Source: a bacterium
GTDB taxonomy: Bacteria; Bdellovibrionota_C; UBA2361; CALJRW01
Direction: 5' to 3'
NCBI GenBank assembly: GCA_031385045.1
Contig: JANNBC010000025.1
Span: 54,940 to 118,939, forward strand
Length of the DNA stretch: 64,000 nt
The notes under the pieces were generated by a model. That model ran no database searches. It was not told the origin of the DNA and worked only from the letters and a program-made list of their open reading frames with translations. Numbering within the stretch: position 1 is the stretch's first letter; the number at the start of each line of letters is the position of its first letter. The translations under genes were made by a program, and so were the position numbers. This document shows positions 9,209-18,467 of this stretch, in pieces.

Positions 9209-10193
9209 TTAGGGCATTCTGTTTATTAAGCAGTATCTTCATTACTTTTTCAATTGGTAGTTTCTCCGTTTGAAAATCTTGAATTGGGAAGGCATTAAGG
9301 ATTTTAATCATTTCGTTATTTAGTTGCTCGATTGGGACTTGAAGTTCAACGCTTAGTCCGTCAGCTTCCCATTCCGGTAGGAATTTTTCCCAGATTGAAT
9401 CGGCTTGGTTTGGCGCGGATCCAAAGCGCAGAGTCACTAGTTTCTTGTTTCCTAAAATATTTTGAAAATCAGCTAACTCACCATCAAAGTCTTTTCGTCC
9501 ATCTAAGACTAATACAATTCTTCGGCAGAGGGCTGTGATATCTGCCATGTAGTGAGAGGTTAAGATGATCGTGCAATTACTTTCCGTTTGGTAGTTTTTA
9601 AGAAAGTTTCTGATGTTCTCTTGAGCCACAACATCTAGGCCAATTGTTGGTTCATCTAAAAAGATTACTTGAGGGTTATGTAAGAGACAGGCACTTAATT
9701 CCATTTTCATTCTTTCGCCAAGGGAAAGTTTGCGAATTGGTGTGTTTAAAATGCTGGATAAATTTAGTTTTGCTGTTAATTCAGCTAAACGTTTCTGGTA
9801 GAATTTTGGGTCTAATTCGTAGTATGTTGCTAGCAGATTAAAAGAATCAATTGCTGGGATGTCCCACCAAAGTTGAGATTTTTGTCCCATTACTAGCGCA
9901 ATGTTTTTTCTAAAATCTAAGGGCCTTGTAAAAGGAGTGTGCCCTAAAACTTCAGCGACTCCAGAACTGGGAGCAATAATTCCAGTTAGCATTTTGATTA
10001 ATGTAGTTTTTCCAGCACCATTTGGACCAAGTAAACCAACGAACTCACCACGCTGAATTTCTAAATCAAAATCTTGGATGGCAATTTTTGTCTGATAGCT
10101 TGGTTTCCAAAGTGATTTAAAGGCGGGAAGAAGGCCAGCTTCTTTCTGGGGAATTAAGAAGTTTTTATTAAGCTTTACTGTTTTAATAATCAT
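9195..10193 (-). CDS. ABC transporter ATP-binding protein
   Basis: GPNGAGKTT, LSLGERMK, DEPT, MGQKSQLWWD. Confidence 0.92.
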   Translation of the reverse strand: MIIKTVKLNKNFLIPQKEAGLLPAFKSLWKPSYQTKIAIQDFDLEIQRGEFVGLLGPNGAGKTTLIKMLTGIIAPSSGVAEVLGHTPFTRPLDFRKNIALVMGQKSQLWWDIPAIDSFNLLATYYELDPKFYQKRLAELTAKLNLSSILNTPIRKLSLGERMKMELSACLLHNPQVIFLDEPTIGLDVVAQENIRNFLKNYQTESNCTIILTSHYMADITALCRRIVLVLDGRKDFDGELADFQNILGNKKLVTLRFGSAPNQADSIWEKFLPEWEADGLSVELQVPIEQLNNEMIKILNAFPIQDFQTEKLPIEKVMKILLNKQNALNATK

Positions 10194-10303
10194 GAATCAA
10201 ATAATCTTGTAGACAGTGCCTTAGACGAAAAAACTTAATTTATTGGTCATTTGTTTTTAGTTAAGCTTTACAGACAAGTTAAGACTAAATATAGTTATAC
10301 TTA

Positions 10304-10681
10304 ATGAATAATCAACTACCTGTTTCCAACTTATATTTCGGCTTGGGCTTATTCTCCCTAGGACTGGCAATTGTTATTGGTGCATTCGGTGCCCACGGAC
10401 TAAAAGATATCTTAGATGATTACGGGAAGGATGTCTTCTTTAAAGCTAATTTTTATCACTTTGTAATTGCATTTACAATCTTAATACTTTGCTTAGCACA
10501 CGTAAGTTACTTAAAGCTAAGTGTCAGTTTATTACTTCTGGCGAGTATTATCTTCTCTGGAAGTTTATATGTGCTAGCAATTACTGGACTTAAGTGGTTA
10601 GGAGCAATTACTCCGATCGGAGGAACTATTATGATTCTAGTAATTTTCTTCCAAGCTTACTTAGCCTTTAAAGGTCGATAG
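10304..10681 (+). CDS. DUF423 (YgdD/TMEM256) membrane protein
   Basis: GAFGAHGL, FSGSLY, GAITPIGG. Confidence 0.88.
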   Translation: MNNQLPVSNLYFGLGLFSLGLAIVIGAFGAHGLKDILDDYGKDVFFKANFYHFVIAFTILILCLAHVSYLKLSVSLLLLASIIFSGSLYVLAITGLKWLGAITPIGGTIMILVIFFQAYLAFKGR

Positions 10682-11413
10682 TTAACAAGCCCAATTAATA
10701 TTCTCAATATATTTAATCAGTGATTCTGCTGATTTAAAGCGCTTATGAATTAGATTTTTTCTAAGTCCATTGCAGATTGCTTTAACTTCTGGGGGATGCT
10801 TACTGTAGTGCTTGCTACCACCAATCGAATCATAAAAAATTTTAATTAAATCAAATAAATCATCTTTCATATTCTGATGACGAGGATGGCTCCAATTGAA
10901 AAAATCAATAAACTTTAAATCAAAACCAAGGCCATATCTTTTGATAATAATATTATCAGCATGTAAATCACCATGGTACTCCTGATAGTTTTGAATTTCA
11001 GCAATTCCTAAGGCTAGGGAGTGCAGTAAGTGTAATCCTTGATAAACAGAAAGTCGTTTTCCAGGCTGCTTGTTAAGAAATTCACTTAATGATTCTCCGC
11101 TCACAAAATCGGATACGAGCATGACAACTTTTTGCTCCTGAAAGGAGATAATATCATGGCTATGAAAGGGGATTAGGACCTCACAATCCCGAAGTTTATG
11201 AAGCTTACGAGCGGCTGCTTTGGAGGTCTTCATTTGCAAGTTCCGGTGAGGAAAGAAGAATTTAGCTCCTCGTTCAATCTTTGTGGAAAGCTCTTTAACC
11301 AAATACACTTCTCCCTCCCAGCCACTACCAATTTTATTGGTAATATAGTATTTATCTGCTACCCGTTCACCTGTTTTAAAGTTGAATGATGTGATGGTTT
11401 TATTTTGGTTCAT
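10682..11413 (-). CDS. small Ser/Thr protein kinase-like protein
   Basis: IGSGWEGEVY, AKFF, YHGDLHADNI, FIDF. Confidence 0.78.
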   Translation of the reverse strand: MNQNKTITSFNFKTGERVADKYYITNKIGSGWEGEVYLVKELSTKIERGAKFFFPHRNLQMKTSKAAARKLHKLRDCEVLIPFHSHDIISFQEQKVVMLVSDFVSGESLSEFLNKQPGKRLSVYQGLHLLHSLALGIAEIQNYQEYHGDLHADNIIIKRYGLGFDLKFIDFFNWSHPRHQNMKDDLFDLIKIFYDSIGGSKHYSKHPPEVKAICNGLRKNLIHKRFKSAESLIKYIENINWAC

Positions 11414-11707
11414 GAATTTTCGAATCTTTTTTATTCAAAGTATTAGGGATTAATTTGCTAGGTCAATTTCTCAGCAGATTAGAATACAATAGTTCGACTA
11501 TTTGATAAAGGTTTTGTGATTATTTTTTATAAAAATATTTAGTGTAAGATTGAAGAATTTGATCGAGAATCTATTTCTTCAAAAACGAATACTAGAATTT
11601 TAAGAGATTTGAGACTCAAACACTAACATTCATTTAAGTAATTTACTTTTGACTGTTGAGCAGTAAAGCCTTACTGGTTTGAGAGTACTTTTATTAGCCG
11701 TGGTAAG

Positions 11708-12469
11708 ATGAAAAAATATTTTCTGCTTGTTATGCTAGTCTGTAGCTGGCAATTTGTTTGGGCCGAAGTGCCAACTGAAAATGTGCCTACTATTTTGGAA
11801 AATACTGTCGCTAGTCCACAGCCCGCAGTTACAGCAACTCCAGTTCCGACTCCAGTAGTCCTGGCGGAAGAAGTTCCTGCGATTACTCCAGAGATTAAAA
11901 CTTCTACAGTACCGAATGAGGGTAAAGTTGTACCAGTGGAGGCGGAAGAAGGTGCAGGGGAAGAGATTATTAATGAAGAGATCTTGGGGAAATCGGAAGA
12001 GACTCTCACTGAAAAGACAAATTCTAATGCTGAGAAATTGAATACTAAACCTACTGAGCGAATTATCTTAGGTTGGGTTGAGCCTATTTCATTAGGTGAA
12101 AAGAACTTATCGATTGATTCTAAACTAACTCCGGGGACAGCTGGAAATGCCTTACATGCGGATAATATTGTAATGGTTAAGAAGCCTAATGGTACTAAAT
12201 GGGTTGATTTTGACGTGACGGACAAGCTTGGTCGTACTGTTCGTTTCCACAAGAAAGTCATTAGTATGAGAGAAAAGACTGATCCCAAGAAGAATCAATA
12301 TAAAGTTACCTTAGAATTTTGTCTTAACATGCAACATTTTAAATTAGATTTTATGATTAGCGATCGAAGCAATTTTGAACATCCTGCTCGAATTGGAAGA
12401 GATAGCCTAGCAGGACATTTTATTGTTGATCCGGGATTAACTAAAACCTCAGTTCCAAGTTGTAAATAA
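11708..12469 (+). CDS. secreted retropepsin-like (RimK-associated 'ATP-dependent Zn protease' family) protein, probably inactive
   Basis: Signal peptide and Pro/Thr/Glu-rich linker, then GWVE, DRSNFEHPARIGR. KLTPG stands in place of KxDTG. Confidence 0.75.
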   Translation: MKKYFLLVMLVCSWQFVWAEVPTENVPTILENTVASPQPAVTATPVPTPVVLAEEVPAITPEIKTSTVPNEGKVVPVEAEEGAGEEIINEEILGKSEETLTEKTNSNAEKLNTKPTERIILGWVEPISLGEKNLSIDSKLTPGTAGNALHADNIVMVKKPNGTKWVDFDVTDKLGRTVRFHKKVISMREKTDPKKNQYKVTLEFCLNMQHFKLDFMISDRSNFEHPARIGRDSLAGHFIVDPGLTKTSVPSCK

Positions 12470-12481
12470 TTTCTAAAGATT

Positions 12482-12994
12482 TTGCTGATGTTTTTAAAAA
12501 GATTATTTTTAGCACTAATTTTAACTTGTAGCGCATGTGCGACCACTGAGGTTAATGCACCAAAAGTTCGGAGTATTGGCTGGGTTGAGCGTATTCAGAT
12601 TTATCCTTTTAATATGCAGCTTGATTCTAAAGTTGATACTGGAGCGGATACCTGTTCTGTTCACGCCGAAGAAATTGAAAATTTTAAAAAAAATAAAAAG
12701 GACTATGTGCGATTTAAGATGGTTAATCGCTATGGTCTAACAAAAGAAGTTGAGCGTAAAGTCTTACGTTTAACTAAGATCAAGACTAAGGAAGGTGGTT
12801 TTCAGATTAGACCAGTTGTGAATCTAGGTCTTTGTATCGATGATTATATCGAATATGTTGCCTGTAACCTGGTTGACCGCTCTAATTTTGACTATCCAGT
12901 ACTTGTCGGCCGTAATTACCTAGCAGGACATTTTCTAGTCAATTCTTCAGAGACTTACAAGTCTGAACCAAATTGTGATTTAAGTGAGAAATAA
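12482..12994 (+). CDS. retropepsin-like aspartic protease (RimK-associated family), probable lipoprotein
   Basis: Lipobox-like CSAC, IGWVE, KVDTGA, RPVV, DRSNFDYPVLVGR. Confidence 0.85.
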   Translation: MLMFLKRLFLALILTCSACATTEVNAPKVRSIGWVERIQIYPFNMQLDSKVDTGADTCSVHAEEIENFKKNKKDYVRFKMVNRYGLTKEVERKVLRLTKIKTKEGGFQIRPVVNLGLCIDDYIEYVACNLVDRSNFDYPVLVGRNYLAGHFLVNSSETYKSEPNCDLSEK

Positions 12995-12999
12995 TTTAA

Positions 13000-14508
13000 A
13001 TGAAAAATAAATTTTTAATTGTGCCTTATCTCTTGTTTGCCATAGCCATTGGCATGCTTGCCTATCGTCACTTTGTATTAAAAGCAAAATTTTTGCCTGT
13101 TATTACTAATGATACCTGGAAGCTTGATGTTACTGTGGACGCCGAAGAGTTGGCCTCTGCTAAGGTTATTAAGCTAAATATTCCAAGTAGTTTAACAAAG
13201 GCTAAGATTATCCAAGAAGGTTATAGTCAAACAGTTCAAGGCTTAACTGTTTTTGAAAGTAACGGAATTCGAACGTTAGTTTGGTCAAATCGTTCTACTG
13301 ATAATTCTATACCAGAGAAAGCCTTTAGTTACTCTACAGTATTACAGCAAGGCACGAACGGCATAGAAATCCCAGCAAACTTATCTCAGCTTTCGGTTGA
13401 TCTTGTTACTGATTATCCGGGTTATGATCCAGAGTTAATAGGGAAGTTTATTAGAGAGATTAAACAGGATAATCATAATTTTGCTTTAGAATTGGGAGAA
13501 TGCTTTGCCGATAATGAATGTTTAGTAGCAAATACAGGAATTAGTAAATCTCTATCAATGCGCAAAAAAGCAATTCTATTGCTAAATATTCTTCGGCAAC
13601 AAAATTATCAAGCAGCTGTTGCACGGGGATTTTTCCCTGAGAAGCCAACTAAAGACACCAGCTTTATCTATTGGGTACGGGCAGAAAAAGATCAAAAGGT
13701 CTATAACGTTTTTCTAGACTCCGAGATTCGTAGTGGCCAGCAAGTACTTTTTTGGGATTTTTTAGATGAGCTTAATCAAGTCCCTCATTCTGTTAAGATG
13801 CAGTATTCAATTCTACCAGATGAAAATTATAATTTTCTTAAGCCTCAAAAAGAAGTTATCCATAGCAAGTTTTTTGATTTAATTTCGCTACATGACTTAC
13901 CAGCCTCTGTGCAGGTTGTTTATCGCGTTATGTTACTGATTCCACTTGGAGCATTAATTGTTGCCTTTACTCGGATTATTATTGGAGTTTCAGCCTTTGG
14001 TACGTTTATGTCGGTCTTAGTAGCTTTATCTTTTAATCAGGTAGGTTTGAAAGTTGGCTTACTGTTGTTACTGATTATGATAGTTGCTGGACTAATGTTC
14101 CGTGGACTGATGAGTAAAATGCGCTTGCTTTCGGTTGCTCGAATTTCTTGTACATTAATCTTTGTGATTATGTCGATTGCTGTGATTAGTAAGATTTCAT
14201 GGAGTTTTAATTTCGTCGAAGGATTTTCAGCAACACTTTTTCCAATTATTGTAATTTCCATGATGATTGAGCGAATGTCGATTATGATTGAAGAGGCTGG
14301 GATACGTCCAACTATTAAAAATTTGATCAATACAATTATCATGTCTTCTGTGATCCATTTAGTAATGTCTTTAAAGATTGTGCAGTACTGGAGCTTTAGT
14401 TTCTGGGAAATGCATATTGTGACGATGGCACTTTTAATGCTGATTGGAAGGTATAATGGGTATCGTCTAAGCGAATTGTTTCGTTTTCGTAACTTAGTCA
14501 ATAAATAG
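13000..14508 (+). CDS. inactive transglutaminase fused to 7TM domain
   Basis: C-terminal LIPLGA, GTFM, FPIIVISMMIERMS and GRYNGYRLSELFRF. The transglutaminase-like region lacks the catalytic Cys and His. Confidence 0.85.
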   Translation: MKNKFLIVPYLLFAIAIGMLAYRHFVLKAKFLPVITNDTWKLDVTVDAEELASAKVIKLNIPSSLTKAKIIQEGYSQTVQGLTVFESNGIRTLVWSNRSTDNSIPEKAFSYSTVLQQGTNGIEIPANLSQLSVDLVTDYPGYDPELIGKFIREIKQDNHNFALELGECFADNECLVANTGISKSLSMRKKAILLLNILRQQNYQAAVARGFFPEKPTKDTSFIYWVRAEKDQKVYNVFLDSEIRSGQQVLFWDFLDELNQVPHSVKMQYSILPDENYNFLKPQKEVIHSKFFDLISLHDLPASVQVVYRVMLLIPLGALIVAFTRIIIGVSAFGTFMSVLVALSFNQVGLKVGLLLLLIMIVAGLMFRGLMSKMRLLSVARISCTLIFVIMSIAVISKISWSFNFVEGFSATLFPIIVISMMIERMSIMIEEAGIRPTIKNLINTIIMSSVIHLVMSLKIVQYWSFSFWEMHIVTMALLMLIGRYNGYRLSELFRFRNLVNK

Positions 14509-14514
14509 GAATCT

Positions 14515-15402
14515 ATGTTCTTTTTAAATACTTTAAGACAATTAAGAGAGGCAGGGATCCTAGGGATTAATCGTCGGAATATCGATTTCATTCAGAAATA
14601 TAATCGCCGTAGATATTTTCCAAACGTCGACAGTAAACTTAAAAGTAAATTATTGGCGCAACAAGTTGGGATTCCAGTTCCAGAGCTTTATTATGTGATT
14701 GAGTCTTATTTTCAGATTAAGAATATTGAGGAAGTTTTAGCTAAGTATTCTAGCTTTGTTGTTAAACCAGAGCATGGCTCTGGTGGTAAAGGAATTGTTG
14801 TTTTAAATCAAAAGGATGGGAAGTTCTTTAAGCTTTCGGGCGAGGAAGTTAGTCTTGATAAAATTAAAGAGCATCTGGGAAATACTCTTTCTGGTTTGTA
14901 TAGCTTAGGTGGGCAACCAGACCGTGCCTTCATCGAGTATAAGGTTGATTTTGATCCGCAGTATAGCAACTTAAGTTTTCAGGGAACTCCTGATTTAAGA
15001 ATTATTATTCTTAAGGGGCAACCAGTAATGTCAATGATGCGTTTACCAACTCAACAGTCTGGTAATAAAGCTAATTTGCATCAAGGTGCGGTTGGAGTTG
15101 GAGTCGATCTGCAAACTGGAATGACTACTTTTGCTATTCAAGGAAGTAGCCTAATTGAGTATCATCCTGATACTAAAGCCAAGCTTTCTGGAATTAAGAT
15201 TAATGAGTGGGAAAAGATTATTACCTATGCTGAAAAATGCTATGAAGTATTTAAGCTTGGCTACATGGGAGTTGACTTAGTCCTTGATGAAAAGCTAGGT
15301 CCACTACTCTTAGAAGCAAACGCCAGACCTGGTCTTTCCATTCAAATCGCCAATCAGTGTGGAATGTTAAAGCGAATTAAAGATTTGAATCTTAGCTACT
15401 AA
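14515..15402 (+). CDS. alpha-L-glutamate ligase-related ATP-grasp protein (RimK-related)
   Basis: GILGINRRN, VKPEHGSGGKGI, PDLRII, KANLHQG, LEANARPGL. Confidence 0.9.
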   Translation: MFFLNTLRQLREAGILGINRRNIDFIQKYNRRRYFPNVDSKLKSKLLAQQVGIPVPELYYVIESYFQIKNIEEVLAKYSSFVVKPEHGSGGKGIVVLNQKDGKFFKLSGEEVSLDKIKEHLGNTLSGLYSLGGQPDRAFIEYKVDFDPQYSNLSFQGTPDLRIIILKGQPVMSMMRLPTQQSGNKANLHQGAVGVGVDLQTGMTTFAIQGSSLIEYHPDTKAKLSGIKINEWEKIITYAEKCYEVFKLGYMGVDLVLDEKLGPLLLEANARPGLSIQIANQCGMLKRIKDLNLSY

Positions 15403-15457
15403 TCTCCCTATGGTTATTGGGCCATAAATTATGTGAGCAAAGAGAGTCGTTAATGAA

Positions 15458-15706
15458 TTACTTTTGGCTAGCAACTACAATTTTCAAAAATCCCTTTGGA
15501 TCTATTCTTTGTAAATTTGTTACAAAAGTTTCTGCTACTGCTCTAGGAACAGTCTCCGATGAGATGGAAACAGAAGTAATTCCGTCTACTTCTGTAATTG
15601 TTACTGATTCGCCAAGATCTTTAATTCTTGCGGCTTGTCGCTGAAACGAAGCATGGGCAATTAGTTCTTTGGCAGATTTGGGTTCGTTGCTAGGAGCTGG
15701 ATCCAT
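15458..15706 (-). CDS. small hypothetical protein (82 aa, MDPAPSNE...)
   Basis: Part of the tracked ORF downstream of livG. The start is moved to ATG at 15706 to avoid overlap. Confidence 0.45.
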   Translation of the reverse strand: MDPAPSNEPKSAKELIAHASFQRQAARIKDLGESVTITEVDGITSVSISSETVPRAVAETFVTNLQRIDPKGFLKIVVASQK

Positions 15707-15758
15707 ATTTACACTAAAATTAAAAGTTATTAGCAATTCTAAATTCTGGGAAAGATAT

Positions 15759-16499
15759 TTAGTCTTTTGTTCCAAAATAAATTTCTTGTAGTCTAGGATT
15801 TTTCCGCACATTCTCAGGGGTATCATCCATGACAACCCGTCCCGCATCAAGGACAATTACTCGATCGCAAAAACCATAAATAAAGTTAATATCGTGCTCG
15901 ATGATTAAGACAGTTTTCTGGCGCTTTTTTAGTTTTTTTATAATCTCCGATATTTCCGCTTTCATTTTAGGGGAGACTCCAGCCGTTGGCTCATCAAGTA
16001 AGAATAGTTCGGCACCAAAGGCTAACGTTCTAATAATTTCTAAAAGTCTCATTTGTCCTCCAGAGAGGCTAGCGGCTTTTTCATTAGCCTTTTCATGGAG
16101 CTTAACCTTTCGTAAGAAACCCAAAGCTCTGACCTTATTAATTCGATTCTGTCTAGACCAAGGCCAGATAGTTGCCCAAAATGATTGCTTAGTTTCTAGG
16201 GCAATCAAAATATTTTCCAGCAAGGATTGTTCTCGAAAGATTCCAAAGTTTTGGAAAACTCTTCCAATCCCGAGTCGCGCACGGTGATAAGGTGCCAAAC
16301 GAGTTAAATCTATTCCATTTAGAATTAATTTTCCCTCGTTGCTTTGATGAAAACCAGAAATGCTATTAAACAAAGTTGTTTTCCCACTTCCATTTGGTCC
16401 AATAATCCCAACAGTCTCACCAGAATTAATCTGGATATCAATTCCTTTTAGGATGTGTAATTTATTTAAAGTTAAGTGTAGCCCTTGTATATCTAACAT
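15759..16499 (-). CDS. livG: branched-chain amino acid ABC ATPase (LivG-like)
   Basis: GPNGSGKTT, GIGRVFQ, LSGGQ, DEPTAG, IEHD. Confidence 0.85.
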   Translation of the reverse strand: MLDIQGLHLTLNKLHILKGIDIQINSGETVGIIGPNGSGKTTLFNSISGFHQSNEGKLILNGIDLTRLAPYHRARLGIGRVFQNFGIFREQSLLENILIALETKQSFWATIWPWSRQNRINKVRALGFLRKVKLHEKANEKAASLSGGQMRLLEIIRTLAFGAELFLLDEPTAGVSPKMKAEISEIIKKLKKRQKTVLIIEHDINFIYGFCDRVIVLDAGRVVMDDTPENVRKNPRLQEIYFGTKD

Positions 16500-16502
16500 A
16501 GC

Positions 16503-17417
16503 TTAGATCTTCCTTTGAGTTGGGAATAAAATCCCTTTGTTAATATAAACAGTTGTAAACAAAATAAAAGCGTATAAGAACTGTCGCATTGGCCCTAAAA
16601 TACTTGAGGGTAAGTCAAAAAATCTTAATCCCTCTGGTAGCAGTACGAGAAAGATTGTGGCAAAGAGTACTCCCCAAAAAGAACCAGGGCGACCGACAAT
16701 AATAATCGAAAAGACAAACAACATTTCCTGAAGTGAGAAGGATGAGGGATCAATATAGTTAAGATAATATGCAAAGAATGAACCAGCAATCCCTGCAAAG
16801 AAGGAGGCGATTGTAAAGCTCCAAAGCCTAACAGCAGTAGAATTAATTGCTAAGGTTTGTGAGGCATGAATAAATTCTGATTGTGCTTTTAGCGCCCGGG
16901 AGTATGGTGCTTTAAAGATGAAGTAAAGAATTAAATTTGTAATGACAGCAAAGGAAAAAACAAGGATTAGAAAATTATAATTATCGGAAAAATCAATTGT
17001 AATTAATTCCTGGAAGTTTGGAAATTTTGTAAAATTAAAAGAATCAATTTGGGGGCGAGGAATGCCAGGAATACCTAGAACTCCTCTAGTCAGCTCTTTC
17101 CAGTTGATTAATAAGGCTGAAATAATAAAGCTAAAGGAGAGTGTCCCGATTGCAAAATAATCTAGGCTAAGCCGCAAGGAAATTGCTCCTAGAATTAGAG
17201 ATAGGAGGGAAGCTAAAATGGCGCTTGCAAAGATACATATGAAGAAAGAATATTGATAATCAACAGACAAGATTGCCGTTGTATAAGCCCCAATAGCGTA
17301 ACAGGCAACATGCGCTAAATTAAATAAACCACCAAGCCCAAAATTTAAATTTAGAGCTTGAGCTGAGATTAAATAAATACAGCTCATGATTGCTAAGTGT
17401 AAGTAATACTCATTCAT
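16503..17417 (-). CDS. livM: branched-chain amino acid ABC permease
   Basis: GLFNLAH, YAIGAY, DYFAIGTL, TRGVLGIPGIPRP. Confidence 0.85.
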   Translation of the reverse strand: MNEYYLHLAIMSCIYLISAQALNLNFGLGGLFNLAHVACYAIGAYTTAILSVDYQYSFFICIFASAILASLLSLILGAISLRLSLDYFAIGTLSFSFIISALLINWKELTRGVLGIPGIPRPQIDSFNFTKFPNFQELITIDFSDNYNFLILVFSFAVITNLILYFIFKAPYSRALKAQSEFIHASQTLAINSTAVRLWSFTIASFFAGIAGSFFAYYLNYIDPSSFSLQEMLFVFSIIIVGRPGSFWGVLFATIFLVLLPEGLRFFDLPSSILGPMRQFLYAFILFTTVYINKGILFPTQRKI

Positions 17418-17420
17418 ATT

Positions 17421-18311
17421 TTACGCCTTGCGATATGTTCGCCCAAATAAACCTTGAGGACGAATAATTAGAATTACTAAAATAATTAAGAATGCAAAAG
17501 CGTCTTTATATCCAGCCGGTAAACTATACCCACCAAAGTCTAAGCCAATACTTAGATTCTCAACCAAGCCTAAAAGAAAAGCTCCAATAATTGTTCCCCA
17601 AAGATTTCCCAAGCCTCCCAAGATCATCGCAGCAAAAGCTTTAATCGTATAGGAATTACCCATCAGTGGCTGAAGATTAGTTTCATAGGCCAACATGATC
17701 CCGCTAAAAGCTGCTACTAAAGAACCAAAAATAAAGACTCCATAGTAAACATAGTGACTATTAATACCTAAACTTTGACCAGCAGGAGAATTTTCGGAGA
17801 GGGCTCGGATTAATCTTCCGGTAACTGTTTTATGAATTACAAAGGCAACGAGCGTGAGTAGGAGCAAGGCACTAGCAATAATAATCATTTGAATTGGAGT
17901 AATATAGACACTCCCAATTTCCACACTATTTAATAATTCTCCAGCATCTAAGGATTTAACATTTACTCCAAAACCAATGGACACTAAAGATTCCAGCATA
18001 ATTGAAAGTGCTAGAGTCGTAACAAAAACTAAAATTGGATTGAAATTTAAAAATGGATTGATAAATACTTTGAAAGTAAAAGCTGCAAAGATTGCGATAA
18101 AGATAAAACTGAGTAGGAAAGACAGGTAGAAGTTGATGCCAAAAGTGTTGTTACAGAGGTAATAAGAGTAGGCACCAAGCATTAAAATATGCCCATGGGC
18201 AAAGTTTAAAATCCTAAGAAGACCATAAACCAGTGAGATTCCGCAACAAACTAGGGCATAAATACTGCCAGTTATCATTGAATTAATCAGGAGTTGAGGT
18301 AAAATATCCAT
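17421..18311 (-). CDS. livH: branched-chain amino acid ABC permease
   Basis: GSIYAL, LNFAHG, KAFAAMILGGLG, RPQGLFG. Confidence 0.88.
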   Translation of the reverse strand: MDILPQLLINSMITGSIYALVCCGISLVYGLLRILNFAHGHILMLGAYSYYLCNNTFGINFYLSFLLSFIFIAIFAAFTFKVFINPFLNFNPILVFVTTLALSIMLESLVSIGFGVNVKSLDAGELLNSVEIGSVYITPIQMIIIASALLLLTLVAFVIHKTVTGRLIRALSENSPAGQSLGINSHYVYYGVFIFGSLVAAFSGIMLAYETNLQPLMGNSYTIKAFAAMILGGLGNLWGTIIGAFLLGLVENLSIGLDFGGYSLPAGYKDAFAFLIILVILIIRPQGLFGRTYRKA

Positions 18312-18467
18312 TATTATCAGTATCTTACTATAAACTGATTTTTATACAACTAATTATTCTTAAATAGCATCCAAATATGTAGGAAATGTGCTTAATATGC
18401 TGTGCTTAAAATTTCGTACTTAGAGAGCTTCTCTGTTTTAATCCTCAATATTTAATTACTGCGCTTA

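Noticed and set aside
11671..14591. Long antisense ORFs 11671-12288, 12295-12546 and 14037-14591
   Set aside because: Antisense shadows of well-supported + strand genes.
15707..15856. N-terminal extension of ORF 15458-15856
   Set aside because: It overlaps the livG 3' end in another frame; ATG at 15706 is more plausible.
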